The notes beneath the pieces were generated by a model that was given only the letters and a program-made list of their open reading frames with translations, ran no database searches and had not been told where the DNA came from. The position numbers were made by a program, and so were the translations under genes. From the human T2T-CHM13v2.0 reference genome, Homo sapiens, in NCBI RefSeq assembly GCF_009914755.1, contig NC_060925.1: a stretch of 64,000 bases of DNA. One strand, given 5' to 3'. This document shows positions 1 through 15,669 of this stretch, in pieces. Each line of letters opens with the position of its first letter. Within the stretch, counting starts at the first letter, position 1.

Positions 1-1506
1 GTGGGGGGAAAGGAAGTTAAAGTTTTCATCCCTTTTCCCAGGCACAGACTTCGTCCCAAGCAGACATCTGAAGTGGGCAAATGGAATTTTGGCATAGTTT
101 CTACCCCCTTTCCCAATACATAGTCTTTTCCTACATCCTCTTGTTGTTTCTACCAGTCACAAGGTCTTCATGCTTCCTCCATCATGTTATGCCATTTTGA
201 TTTGCCTTAAGTTCTCCAAATGTCCCATATTTCAAAATTTAAGCCCTATATCACCATCCGATTTCACAGGCAACACAAAGAATGCGAACTGCTTCTAAGG
301 AGTAAGTGAATGAACATGCCTAAACCTTTTTAAAAGTAATTAAGTTCCATGACTATGAACTTAAATAAATGTATAATCTATGGGGTCTTAAGCAGTGTAA
401 AAAATTAAAGTAAAAGCAACATTTTAAAAAGAAAGCTAGGGAATATAAAGCAAGGTATTTGGATGCAGAAAGTTCCTACGTAAGCAGATTAGCACTAACC
501 TAAAAGCGTACGATTTTTCACTTTCCTACAGTTTCTTCCCCTTTCCCCTAAACATAGTTTCTCAAAATCTAGTATCTTCAAAATTGACCTAAAAATTGAA
601 AGAGAAACAAGCCAACAATGTCCCCTTAGATATATATACACACAAATGACCCTAGGAAATCTGTTTTCAATAAAAAACTTCTAGAATTTGGTTTAAGAAA
701 GAAATGTCCTTTCAGTATGTACATCTGATAGTTGTATAATACTGTTCTTTTGTACCTCAATGCTGATCAAGGTTGGTAGAGAAATGAATGTTTCTTCTAG
801 GAGTTGTAACCATTTCATCATAATATATTCCTCATCAAGACTCTCCAGTTGTTCTCTATTGTCTGCTATGTCAAACACAACTCTTGAACAGGTTAGGGGC
901 TTAGGTAGTAGAGTGTAAAATAACTGAATAGGAACATTGAGATATTTTATGGCAAACCTCCAGAACTAAATTGAAGGGCTAGAATCCCATCTTTTCCCAT
1001 GAAGCCTTCTATAAAGCAAAGATGGAGAAGTAACAATGAACCCTCTCTTCTAATAATGTGACATAGGTTAGCGCTTAATGTATATACTGTCTTGAATTAT
1101 TCTCTGTGTGTTTCATATACTGGTCTTATTCTCTGGGTAGATAATGAAAGCCTGGAAGTAGATTATGTACAATTTGCCTCATCTCTATTTATTTTCCCAG
1201 TTTCCTTATTATAGAGCACGCTTTCACTCTCAACAGGGTACTGGTTTGGAAGATACACAGCCAGCTTATCCTTAAAGTAAAAGACCATGTCTTAAGTTTC
1301 TTTTCTGACATCAAATACCTACTATACACTCAAGGGAAACTTTGATTTGTTTGACTGAACTCCAAATTTATTATGGAGTCATTATTTTCTTGGTTACAGT
1401 CTCATGGCCCTCTGTACTTTCCATAATTAGCATTTACCACAGTTGATAATTACACTGAATGATTAGCTGTAGAATGCCTGTATCTGCATTTGATTTTACT
1501 GTGAGC

Positions 1507-2087
1507 AGTGGTACTCAAAACCAGGAGTAGTGATGTGCTCCCCACCCTCACTGGACATTTGGCAACACATAGAGACATTCTTGGTTACTGCCAATGTGCT
1601 GAGGGATGGAGAGATAGGAGGTGCTGTTACCAAGTGCAGGGTCCCCACCCCTGGGCCGCGGATGGTGGCTGTTAGGAACCAGGCCACGCAGCAAGAGGTG
1701 AGCAGCAGGTGAGCGAGCATTACCACCTGAGCTCCACCTCCTATCAGATCAGCTGTGGCAACAGATTCTCACAGGAGTGCGAACCCTATTGTGAACTGTG
1801 CATGCGAGGGATCTAGGTTGCATGGTCCTTTGAGAATCTAACTAATACCTGATGGTCTGAAGTGCAACAGTTTCATCCCAAAACCGTCCCCCCTCCCACA
1901 CACCACCCAGGTTCACAGAAAAACTGTGTTCCATGAAAGCAGCCCCCGGTGCCAAGAAGGCTGGAGACAGCTGACCTCACGGGCAGAAGCCAGGGATGCT
2001 GCTAATCATCTTATAGCGCACAGGACAGCCTGCTATGACGAGGAAGAATGATCGGGTTCAAAAATGCTGAAGTGAGGAAACCATTCC
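1507..2087 (+). mobile_element. MER20 (hAT-Charlie) split by a MER1B insertion
   Basis: Left arm cagtggtactcaa...ggacatttggcaacacatagagacatt; right arm agccagggatgctgctaatcatctt...cacaggacagcc...gaggaaacc; both match remembered MER20 pieces. Confidence 0.75.
1637..1973 (+). mobile_element. MER1B (hAT-Charlie MITE) nested in MER20
   Basis: Start cagggtcccc, core gaaccctattgtgaactgtgcatgcgagggatctaggttgc, end gccaagaaggctggagacagctg; TSD diverged. Confidence 0.88.
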
Positions 2088-2203
2088 ATGAAGTCAAGAA
2101 CCCTATTTTGACTTACAGTCTTCCAGCAGAGCAGCTTGATATGTAGGAAATCATCAATAAATATTTGCCAAATTAATAAATGTATCACTCAAGTCCTTTT
2201 TAA

Positions 2204-2508
<305 letters not shown>

Positions 2509-3159
2509 TCCTTTTTAATTCTTATACTGGCTCCTTCTTACTCCTTGCCTGTCTTGTCATATGTGCAAACCCACCTGAAGCACTGGAAATTGAGGGTTTA
2601 AAGTGTAAGCATATCTTTGAAATTCTCCAGTTACTACTAGTATACTGATAGATTCACTGATAAGAAAGCAAAACTATTGGATACATTTAGAGCTTCATGT
2701 TAATCATGTTCTCTATGTTACAGAATTATAAATTATAATTACAAAGAAAACTCTCAAGATTCCCCAAAGTGTTTTCTTATAATCTTATCATAACAAGCCT
2801 TAAGTTAGTCATTAGATAAGTTTAGAAAATAGCAAATCATATTTGTAAAGACCAGAATAAAACTCTAAGACTCATCCACATCATCCAAAATGAACAGTAA
2901 AAGAACCCTTTTATCATAAAGCAATTCCACCTAAAGATCAAAGCATAAGCTTTGGTGGGATATGGGAATCCCCAAAGTATGCATTAAAATGTGAAGGCCT
3001 TTCTTTTCTTAAGTATTTAGGCATGGCCAAAGGAAGTAAGAATCTGCTGGTACTGTAGGGGGAAGCTAGGAGAAAAGGGTCAAGCCCAATCAAGGAAGTG
3101 ACCACAAGAAGTAGTGGCCAGCATGATTGAGAGATTGGTTATATACAGAAGATGAACCA

Positions 3160-5197
<2,038 letters not shown>

Positions 5198-5244
5198 ATC
5201 TAATTAACACTTAAAGCTCTTAAATAGGTTATGGTAATAAATTT

Positions 5245-6170
5245 CATGCATTTGTTATTCACTTGACAAATATTAAGTGCCAGACTCTCTGACAGGCACT
5301 GGGAGGATGGTAGACAAAAATCACTGCTTTCACGGAGTTTATATTTCCATGGGGGAGAAAAAAGGTTATATAGTACGAAAAATGCTAGGAGAAAAATATA
5401 GCAAAGGAGGGAATATAATACTTTGGGGAAGACTAAAGTAACCAAGGGAAGTCTCATTGAGACGGCAACTTTTAAGGAAAATTAAAACGATGTGAGGAAG
5501 CTCGATATAGATACCTGTGGGAAAGAGTTTTCTTGACATAGGGAATAGCAAGGCTTTAAGATGGAAAATGCCTGACATGTTCCAGGAAGACAAAAAAGCT
5601 GCAATAAGAGCATGAAGCAGGAAGTAGCAGAAACTGAGATCAGAGAGGTAATGAGGAGCCAGATCATCTAGAGCAGCAGTCCCCAACCTTTCTGGCACCA
5701 GGGACCAGTTTCATGGAAGACAATTTTTCCATAGACCTTGGAAGAGGTAGGGGGAGAAGGTGTCGGGCTGAAACTGTTCCACTCAGATCATCAGGCATTA
5801 GATTTCATTAGATTCATTAGTTAGAGTTAGTAAGGAGCGTGCAACCTAGATCCCTCGCATGCAGAGTTCACAATAGGGTTCGCACTCCTATGAGAATCTA
5901 ACCTCGCATCTGATCTGACAGGAGGCGGAGCTTAGGTGGTAATGCTCGCTCACCTCTTGCTGTGTGTCCCAGGTCCTAACAGGTCAGGGACCAGTACTTG
6001 TCCACAGGCTGGGGGTTGGGGACACCTCATCTAGAGTCCTATAGATTCCTGAAAGGACTTTCGGCTTTTACTGATATGGGACGCTACAGGAGGTTTCTGA
6101 GCAGAAGAGCCAAATCATTCTGACTTAAGTTAAGTAGGATCAGTGGGGCTGCTCCCTGAAAAACAGAATA
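5245..6170 (-). mobile_element. L2 fragment interrupted by MER1B
   Basis: cattt..ttattcac..acaaatattaagtgcc...gagtttatatt...gggaaagagttt...atgcctgacatgttccagg...gaggtttctgagcag, typical of antisense L2 3' region. Confidence 0.65.
5674..6028 (-). mobile_element. MER1B with perfect 8-bp TSD
   Basis: TSD ATCTAGAG at 5666-5673 and 6029-6036 (NTCTAGAN hAT-Charlie target); termini cagcagtcccc / ggggacacctc. Confidence 0.92.
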
Positions 6171-6175
6171 AAGGG

Positions 6176-6505
<330 letters not shown>

Positions 6506-7254
6506 CAAGGACAAATTTGATGAGAGAATGTCCATCAAATTTAACTTTTTCATGACAGCCAGTCCTATATCATAAAGTACAATAAAAACTTAGGTGAAAG
6601 CTAAATTACTAAATCATATTTTATGCTATACCTTCCCAAAATAACATGATGGGTAATGAATAATATTATGAATTAAAAAGAAAAAAAAAATAAAAATTCA
6701 AGGTCTTGTTCCAACATCCAGATTTCTTTTTAAAATGAACTTATTTCTTACATTATTAAAGCAATCTGAAGGTCACATCTTAGTGTAAGTTTAAGAAATG
6801 TACTTAAATGAGAACAGTTATTTAATCTTATAACAACTGTAGTAAATGCTTCACAAACCTAGGAAAGAAGAAGGAAAAAGAGGAGATGGTAATACGAAAA
6901 TCACAAGGCAGGAGAAATTAAAATTAAGAAGGATAAAAGGAAGGTTCTGCTTCTGTAAATATCAGATTGAATAATTCAGATGAATACTCCACTGAGAACA
7001 ATTTAAAATGTAAGACAAAATTAGGACTCTGATAAGTCAATTGCCACATTAAGCTGAAATCACAAATGGCTGATCGTTAATGTCAATGGGGAACCAAAAA
7101 ATAAACTAAATCTTGCACAGATCTGCACCCTAGATTCATGTCACCTGAGTGGACCAGGAAACTTTAGGCTTTAAACTTGGGTTAGGCTACTCCTAGATTG
7201 CTATCCAAGGCATCCAGCAGATATTAAATGAAGATAACTTTACTCAAGGCTTCA

Positions 7255-7558
7255 TTTTGTCTTTTTAGAGACAGGGTCTCACTCTGTCGCCCAGACAGGA
7301 GTACGGTGGTGTGGCCTTTGCCCACTGCAGCCTCAACCTCCTGGGCTCAAGCATCCTCCTATCTCAGCCTCTCAAATAGCTGGGACTACAGGCATGTACC
7401 TCTATATCTGGCTTTTTTTTTTTTTTTTTTTTTTTTTGTCATGGAGACAGGATATTGCTATGTTGCCCAGGCTAGTCTTGAACTCCTAGTCTCAAGTGAT
7501 CCTCCAGCTTCAGCCTCCCAAAGTGCTGGGATTACCATGGGAGCCACCATGCCCAACC
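7255..7558 (-). mobile_element. AluJ
   Basis: gagacagggtctcactctgtcgccc...; TSD caaggcttcat. Confidence 0.93.
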
Positions 7559-7611
7559 CAAGGCTTCATATTTCTACAAATAATTTTCAAATACTATGCC
7601 CAGCTAACATA

Positions 7612-8220
7612 TTTAATCTTCATTATTCATGGATTCTGTATTTGCAAATTCACCTACTCACCTAAAATTATTTGTGATAAAAAATCTGGGTGCTTTAGGG
7701 GTCATTTGCAGGCATAGAGCAGCAAAAAAATTTGAATAAACTGATGCCCATGTTCTCACATGAGGCTGAACAAGGTGTCACTCAGCCTTCTTCCTTCAGC
7801 TCTCCTATTACAAACAATGTCCTTTTCACAGTATTTAGTGCCATGTTTTTCACATTTTTGTGCTTCCTGTTGGTGATTTCAGTTTAATGGCCCTCATGTA
7901 TAGTGTTGAAGTCTCACCTAGTGTTTCTCAGCAAAAGAAGGCTATGATATGCCTTATGGAGAATAAATGTTTGTTTAAATAAGCTTCATTCAGGCATGAG
8001 TTATAGTGTTCATGGCCATGAGTTCAATGTTAATTAATAAATAATATTAAATAAGATGTCCTCAAACAGAAACACACATAAAACCAGGTTATGTAATTGA
8101 TCAGCTGATGAAGACGTGACCAGAGACTTGCAAGAACCCAGCCCTGTATTTCACCTAGAGCAATGGGTCAGTATCTGTGGCCCCTTTATGTAACATAACT
8201 AACATGAATAATAACCAGCA
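7612..8220 (-). mobile_element. MER82 (TcMar-Tigger)
   Basis: cattattcatggattctgtatttgcaaattcacctactc...aagcttcattcaggcatgagttatagtg...ccctgtatttcacctagagcaatgg match the reverse complement of MER82. Confidence 0.8.
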
Positions 8221-8617
8221 CAGCCAGTATTTATAACCAGCATCTAATAAGCCAAGACACCAGAGCAGGGACTTCAAATACTGAAAGTATCAGACACAGA
8301 GTGTAAATGAAACAACTACATTTACTCTATGTACAAGAAAACAGAAGCCAAACTTGAAATTTTCCTCAGTGAAATATAAAACTATACAAGAGACATGTCT
8401 AATTTGGAAGAGAAACAAATTTTGAGAACTGAAAAATACGATGTCCAAAAATAAAGACTCAATGGACAAGCTAAATATCATAATTTAGACAGAGGAATGC
8501 TTATCTTCAGTGAGTAAAAGAAAATAAACCCTGACCTAGAACTGTCTTACTCAGTAAAAACATCCTTTAAAAAAATGGAAAAAATGAATGCATTTTCGCA
8601 CAAATAAAAACTAAAAG

Positions 8618-8798
8618 ACCATCAATGGATAAATGGATAAACAATATGTGGCATATACATACAATGGAACATTACTCAGTCTTAAAAAAAGAAATTTTGA
8701 CACATGGTACAAAATGGGTGAACCCTAAAGACATTAAGCTAAATGAAATAGGCCAGTCACAAAGGGAAAAATATTGTATGATCCCACTCACATGAGTT
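8618..8798 (+). mobile_element. L1MB-like ORF2 end / 3' fragment
   Basis: aaatggataaacaatatgtggcatatacatacaatggaac...aaatgaaataggccagtcacaaa. Confidence 0.8.
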
Positions 8799-11700
8799 AC
8801 TTTACCCTTAACCATTTAAACACATTAAATGACAACTACAAGCAAAGCCCATAGCACCACGTTGGATATTTAATAAGAAGTAACTGTTAGCTGGGAAGAG
8901 ATACTATTAACTTAATGATGTTAAATTTTTTAAGGAAAGATGAATGTACTTTAAAAAATATGTACACATTTTAAGAAATATAATAAGTATTTTCTTACTG
9001 AAGCAAAAAGGCACAGAATTTTGATTCCTTTATCCTGGAATCTCTCTTGTCTCAACGTTGCACTGTCACTAATCCAAACTGAGTACCTCATAAGAAATTG
9101 GGATGCTAGGACAATTTCTAAACGTCAAAATAACACATTTTGGTCAGGATACCTGGCAACTGTAAATGAATAAAAACATCTACAGTTACCCCCAAATTTC
9201 TGAAGAATACGTTTAATATCTTCTTAGGAATTCTGAGTGTCTAAGAATTTCTGGCATGTATTTAGTGACTAAATCATGTGAAATGGATACTTAAATTATG
9301 TTTATTAAAGTTATCTTTCATTCCTAGAGGGGAAAAATAATCATTTATTCTGTTTAGATTGCTGATCATCTGTTCCTAAATTTATGTCAACAGAAAATAC
9401 TAAAAATCATAGACAATAAATTTGCTATGTAATATGTTTATTAAATACCCCCTTTGAAACTCCTTTGTAATAATTTGATCAAGCTAACACACATTTTTCA
9501 GAAGCAAGGTATTTCAGGAAGAAGAGATAATGTCAAAATTATCTTTTTTATCTGACTGATGTATAATCAATGATCCACCCTCTACAGATGGCTATGAAAG
9601 CATCCAAAAACTGTTTCTATGTGACAGAGCGCATCATGCTCCAAACGGACTGTTTTCCGTACTATTAATAAGACTATTAACATACTTTCTCTCAAACCCT
9701 TCGTTTCAATCATAAGTCCCACTTCAAGACTCATGAAATAATTTCATAAAATAAACAGGATATGTGAATGGTTAAAACATTGACCTAAGCACATCTGGCA
9801 ACACAATTTATGCATGGCAAGGTAAAGATCATTGACACTGTATTTAAAATGTAAATCTTCTAATCTCCCAAAATCATGTACTCACTGTTCCAGAAACATT
9901 TCTAGAACGAACCAGAGCTTTCAGGATTAGGGCCAAGTATATTATAGTGAATTTTAATGTTGGCTTATGGATCTGATATCTGTCATTTACTTACTTTATG
10001 ACATAAAGACAGACTTATCTGAGTAGAAAATATTTTAACAACTTATGAAAGCAAAAAATTGATATTTCTAAGTATAATTACTCAACTATGAAATCAAATA
10101 TCAAATTTTTCTACTGAATGAAAAATTATCCCCTCATTCTCCATTAAGTATTGCCTACTAGCTATACAAAATTGTACGGCTTATTACTCTAATAAAGAAA
10201 AACAATATAAAGTTTATTTTACTACTGTTAACTAATAAACTAAAACCAATTTCTAAATCATCATTTTATTCTACTGAAATTCGCATACATTTTTAAAAAG
10301 TGAATAAACAGCCTACTCAGTAGAATTTTTGTTTCTCAAGATTCTAATAAGAACTTAGAACAATTTTATCAATTAAAAATGATATAAACTTTACAGCCTC
10401 AGAATACATCACACTAAAGTAATTTTCCAATTGGTAAGCTATATTTCAGAGAATCCTGCTGTCTTTAAAATCCTATCATAACTATGTAATAATACAAACT
10501 TTATCAATTATATTCAATGAATGAGAAGCTAGTGCTTTACTGTGAATCACTTGGAAGTTCACCTTAATATTTACTTTAGGCTTGAGCTCAAAACCCATTC
10601 AGGACAAAAGACTCTACCAGCCCTTCATGGATATCTGTTTATCACTACTGGCTTAAAAGCATGCCAACTGATTGGGGAAAATTTTGCAACAGATTTAAAA
10701 TAAGGAAGGAGTCACAGAGCAGATGTACACATCAAAATTCTATAGCATACTCAAATTTAAATGAAAACGATTAGAACAATGTCAAAAAAGTTTAGTAAAT
10801 AAATTTGGGATGTTTGTGTACTTATCAGAACCTCATAACTGCATATAATTTTGTAAGTATATTCAAAATTACAGTTATTACTGACCAGTGTCTTTGAGTA
10901 AAAAGCAAAAGAAAGTTATTTGCTTACTAATTTTAGAATTTAAATATCATATTTCCTTTAAGGTTTAAAACTCCTTTTCTGTTTATTTCCATTTCAGACA
11001 CGAATAGTACTTTTGCTTTAATTTCAAAAGACTTGTAAATGGACAGTCTTCACTTTTTCATCAATCTAATCAGCAGAATACTGAGACTACGAAGTTAACA
11101 TGAACACCCTCCAGTGGCTGGCTCTGCAGCACAACAGAAACATTTTTACCCTGAACTCGGATTTCACTGCCGATATTTCTGAATGACAGAAAATTTGGGG
11201 CTTATACAACAGATTACAATCATATAAATTTTGGTAAAATTCCAAACTTTAAAAATAAAAACATCTAAGTCGCTACTTTATGCCTCTATTTGCAAAATTC
11301 TCATGTCAAAATTTTCTCTACCAAGGTGTTAAGATACTATTTTAATAACAGATATAAAAATAATTTTAATTCCCTTTTAATCTGTTGTCATTTGTCATTA
11401 TTAATATTCAGAAACTGAAATAAAACTCTATAAAGTAAAAGGGGCTGGAAGAAAATTAGTCAAAATGCAAATAATGAATCCTTATGGGAAAAAAATACAT
11501 TTGTGCCGTGTATCAAAAGTAACATTTTTTAAGTACTCATTCAATAGTAATCTCAGTGAAACACTGTGTACTGAGAGTACAATTCCCTATACATTTGATT
11601 TAATCTTAAAAGTATAATACACAAATACGTTGGTAGGAAATAGCTGTATTTTTAAGAAAACTTTCACTAAAATTTATTTCAGTTTCAAAGAGAAGTACCA

Positions 11701-13379
11701 TATTCCTATTAACATTTTAAATATAAATTGTTAAAATCCCGAGTACTGACCTCTATTACAGAAAACAAAATTGGTTTAAAAATACACAGTAACAAAGAAT
11801 GGTAATAAAATAAATAAAACCAAAAAAGTCTATATTTAACTGGCTGCTCAGTCATTAGAAAGGTGCCCCATAACTACCATATGTTACTCAAATATGTTAT
11901 CACACCTACAATCTCATCATATGTCTCCCAAGAAATTAATTAGCTCTAACTTTTTCAACTTTGACAAAAACGTCTGCATCAGTCAGATTACTAGCTGTTG
12001 CAAACATTTCAAAATTCAAAGCTTTCTCCAGCTTGTATTTAACCTTTTAATTACTATTAATCATTTAGCAACATTTAGAACAGCATTCATTAGACAGATG
12101 TCTAATTCTAGAATTCTGAATAATGTAAATTCATTTATACATATATTTACTTTTGGTGCATATTTATTGATGTTAAAAAATAATCCAAAACCACTTATTG
12201 ATACATCATTTCACGGCTGTGTTTAGGGTAAAGAGAAAAATACCTAAAAGTTTTACTTATTCTAAAAATCTAAAAAGTCCTAAGTATTTGAGATTATATG
12301 GCTTACAGTAATACATTTAATGTGTATAAAACTTATTTAAATTTTAAAAAGAAACAAGAGGACTTGTTAATTTTAAAAGCCTTTATAAGTTACCAGCAGT
12401 AAAAAGAAATAGAAGTGACTAAGAAGAGAATTTTCATAAATATCTTCCTTACCACCAAACTTTCAAAAGGAAAAGAAAAAAAAATACTACTATTACTGTT
12501 TGATTTTGAACCGCAAACCCAGGCAACCCTCAACCATGTAAACCAGCTTCCATCTCCACCACTTTATTTAAACTACCCTGGTAAGGCTACCAATGACTTC
12601 CTAAGTATTCATTTCACAAATATTTATTGAGCGAAGAACAAAAATCCCTTCTTATAGAGTTTACATTCTAGCGGGATTGAAAGAGAAAATTAACAGGATA
12701 AATAAGTTATATGATGTATTATTAGTAGGAAGTGCTAATGTCTCCTGATTCCCTTGTTAACCAAACAAAAATTAAACAATAAAGTTTGAACTGGCTTCAG
12801 TAAAGTCACAGAAAACATTACTAAATTCTCCTTTCAATTATCTCTGCTAACAAAATAATGGATAATCTAAAAATAATCTCTATTTAGTAAGAAATTAGAT
12901 TTAAGTTACAAAGTTACTCCTCAGGCCGAAGTAAACGTTCAAGTTAATCAGAATGAGGGCAGCCTCAGGAACAGCCAAAAATACCCTGCTGGCAGCTGTC
13001 TTCTCTTTGCAGCTACCAAGGTTTTTACCTACTGCCACAGAAAAGGGCACCTGTGAATTATACAATTTTTTGGCTGAAAAGAACCTTAAAGATATCAGGT
13101 GTCCTCTACAAAGCTTTTCTTGGCCTGTCCAAAGAGGTTTAAGCATTTCTTCCTCTTTATTTCCAAATTCCATAAAATGCAGGAATTATGTCTTTATTTG
13201 TGCCTGTATTCTCAAAACTTATTGTAAGTCTGGCACAGAGTAAGTTTGAGTGAACTTTTAAAAACACTATTTTAGAAAATCAGTCTGGTAGCAAATAGAG
13301 CAAAGGCTTAAGGTTTGTAATCACTGTTAAATAATTTGTATTACATATATGTGCACTGCTCTCAACTGGTGAGGAGGGG

Positions 13380-14520
13380 CATCCATTCATATTCAATAAA
13401 CATTTACTAAGGCCCTACTGTGTGTAAGACTACCATTACAGAGGGTATCCCAGGGGGAGAAAGAAAATAAAAAAGAAAATTAATAATAATTTTAAATTGC
13501 AATTAGTCCTATGATGGAAATGTACAGGGTACTTTAATAGAGAATCTACTGTCTTCATTGGCTTCACAAAGAATTAAGATTACTTTATACACAATGTTCT
13601 GCCAGGGAAAGGCAAGACCTTAGGTAGATATTGCAGTAATACAGGTAAAGAGATTAGGAGTTCAATTAACATTTAACAAACATTACAATGTCTCATGTTC
13701 TATGGCACAAACATAAACAACCCCCAATCTCCAATCTCAGCCACTCAAGAGCTTGAATTCAAATGAGGAAAAGACACATAAAATATTATCTTGATTGTGG
13801 AGAACACATAGACTTTATGGAATCACAGAGATGAACATTTAGGCAACTAGAGTAGTGAAGAAAAGTTTCCTAGAAGAAGAAAATGCCTAGAATAGGCAAT
13901 AAATGAAAACATAAATAGCATGTATTTTGAAGGAATAATTAACAGTAGAAGATAATAGCACGTGCACAGGGGACTGAAGTAGGTAGAAGATATGAATGTT
14001 TCTAGTCTGGTGATTTGTCAGTAGAGGAAAGCTGAAAGGAAATTGATATTAATGAAAAAGAAGATAATCTCAGTTTTTAAAAATCTGAACTTATGATGAC
14101 AATGGCATACCCATGGGGAAGTTTTTTTCAACTACAACACTAAAGAGAAGTTCTTTGATTTGTTATTTTAATAAGTACCTGGAATTCACTGATACACAAA
14201 GAAGATTTGTAGCCATGACAGCAGAAGAGCTAAGAATTTGCAGAGGGCAGAAAAGGCTCAAGAACAGAGTAAGGATGGGATATAGTCACATTATGTAGGT
14301 ATCAAAAGAAAGTATGTCAGTAAAAGAGCACAGTCCAATGCAGCAATGAAACAGGAAAGCCAAACATCAGGGAAGCCATGGGAGATGAATGTTTCAATGA
14401 GGAGGGGGCAATCAATAAATTAAATGATAGACACACCCAGAAGGCATAACAGAGTTAAGGCCATTGGTTATGATAAAAGGAGATAATCAGTGGCTATAGA
14501 GAAGAGTTTTATCATGCCTA
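13380..14520 (-). mobile_element. Degenerate L2 fragments
   Basis: cattcatattcaataaacatttactaagg 3' end and purine-rich L2-like body; boundaries approximate. Confidence 0.5.
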
Positions 14521-14719
14521 TGGTTTCGTTGATCATAATTAATCACAAAGATGAGCATAGACTAATATATGAACCACATTCTCATAACCTCAATTTTATT
14601 ATTTTTATAAACATACCTAATATTTATTAGAATGGATATATAAGCAAATAAAAAACTATATAGAGTATTTCCACTAATAGATAACTTTTTAATTAATACT
14701 TCACAAGAAAGAAGTATTT

Positions 14720-14960
14720 TCAAGTTAAAAAAATACCCAATAGTATATATTTTTTGAAAGATTTGTCATTTAGAGATAAAAAATTTACATATGATACAGT
14801 ATCTGAGATTTGCTTCAAAATAACCCAGTGGGTAAAGGAGTAAGTGGATATATAGATAAAATAAGATTGGTCATGAGTTGAAAATTTTTGAAGCTGGTGA
14901 TGATTACATGGGTGCTGATTATACTTGCCTCTACTTTGGTATAAGTCTGAATTTTTTTCT
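14720..14960 (+). mobile_element. Old L1 (L1MC/ME) 3' fragment
   Basis: tctgagatttgcttcaaaataa...aagattggtcatgagttg...gaagctggtgatg. Confidence 0.65.
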
Positions 14961-15669
14961 TAATGTCTTATTGCCTACCAGGAAACAGAAATATTTTAAT
15001 TTTCCCTAATTATATTTACTATTTGCTTACAGGGTTCTGAAACTAATCTCAAACTGTCAAAAGTAATGAAAACGGTAAAATTTCCATAGGATCAAAGCTT
15101 AGAAAATTGCCTTATAAAATATATAGAGAGGGGGAAAAAAATAAAGCATAAACAAACTCTAGAATTTAGTTCTGGCTTCAAGAATATTTAAAATTATAAA
15201 ATGCCATAAACTATAATTTAAAAATATTTAGAATCAAAAAATAAAAAATAAATGCCCTGTTTTCCCCAGAAGCTAGGAGATATACATACATATATATAAT
15301 ATATATATTTTATAACAAATATTATATTGCTATGGTTCTCCATGGATAATTACATTACTTAAGGCAAAAAGTCTTTGACAAAATCTTACATAGTGACACA
15401 AGTAGGAGCTTATACCTGTTACAGCTAAAATTGGCTTTCAGCTGTTAATTTTAACTGATATATTCTTACATGTTTCCTCATTTCCATTGCTAACAGTTTT
15501 TTCACATGAGTAACTCCAATTCATTTTTCAGGTCTCTGTTGAAATATTACTTATTTCAGGAGTTTGCTGTCAACTTCACACAGTAGGTCAAAATGTCATT
15601 CTGTATACTCCTACAGAACCCTTCTCTATCCCTATCAAAAACAGTTCATTTTAGTTAGGTGCCACAACT

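Noticed and set aside
11547-11580. Hairpin gtaatctcagt...actgagagtac as a possible miRNA or snoRNA
   Set aside because: Too short for a pre-miRNA, no snoRNA boxes and no seed I recognise
12901-13243. Overlapping 90-aa and 96-aa ORFs on opposite strands
   Set aside because: No recognisable domain or convincing splice boundaries; lengths are compatible with chance
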